From positions 1 to 35,685 of the IMG/VR virus record IMGVR_UViG_3300029448_000162: a stretch of 35,685 nucleotides of DNA; one strand, 5' to 3'. Under the pieces are notes generated by a model, which saw only the letters and a list, made by a program, of their open reading frames with translations, was not told where the DNA came from and did no database searches. This document shows positions 35,505 to 35,685 of the stretch, piece by piece. A program made the translations under genes and the position numbers. Position 1 is the first letter of the stretch, and the number at the start of each line of letters is the position of its first letter. Source of the stretch: a virus. Its lineage: Duplodnaviria; Caudoviricetes.

Positions 35505-35685
35505 TTATACGAAAAAATTTGAGTTATCAAACGTCAACGGCACTTCGAAACTAACCGGCGCTCCTTTTTTTATCTGTTCGTCTGTGGATTTAAGTTTGAT
35601 AGGTTTGACCTGTGCTTGGTTCCTGATTACAAGCATTTTATTTTGAAGGTCGTTCACAGTTTTAGTATCTGCGTTGTTTAAGAAT
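35505..35685 (-). CDS. gp26-like baseplate hub assembly/chaperone protein, C-terminal part
   Basis: Not in the ORF track. Manual translation: ...FLNNADTKTVNDLQNKMLVIRNQAQVKPIKLKSTDEQIKKGAPVSFEVPLTFDNSNFFV*. The 'P.TFD.SNFF' ending is typical of gp26-like proteins. Confidence 0.65.
   Translation of the reverse strand, partial: FLNNADTKTVNDLQNKMLVIRNQAQVKPIKLKSTDEQIKKGAPVSFEVPLTFDNSNFFV

Noticed and set aside
1-35685. Stop-codon reassignment as seen in some large phages
   Set aside because: Genes are full length under the standard code, and TAG, TAA and TGA all terminate genes at sensible boundaries.

Overview
This window is a 35.7-kb fragment of a large, AT-rich, distantly T4-like contractile-tailed phage genome. 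Positions 1-26130 (minus strand) are a late structural module: two paralogous tail-fibre proteins, a 4298-aa baseplate/adhesin protein, and gp6-, gp25-, gp5-, hub-, gp53- and tube-initiator-like baseplate genes. Positions 26264-30288 (plus strand) hold the gp55 late sigma factor, gp47, a MazG-like gene and gp46. Positions 30281-35685 are an accessory region. It encodes a PLP-dependent enzyme, a 2OG-Fe(II) oxygenase, an Hc1-like protein, an amidinotransferase, a stand-alone GIY-YIG nuclease, an ATE1/Bpt-like aminoacyl-tRNA-protein transferase and a DUF1415-like protein, and ends with a gp26/gp51-like pair apparently joined by a -1 frameshift. The most notable unexplained element is a ~380-nt, promoter-driven, highly structured putative ncRNA (~33280-33660) between the GIY-YIG and transferase genes. 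All protein calls come from motif recognition and synteny by eye; no database search was run.
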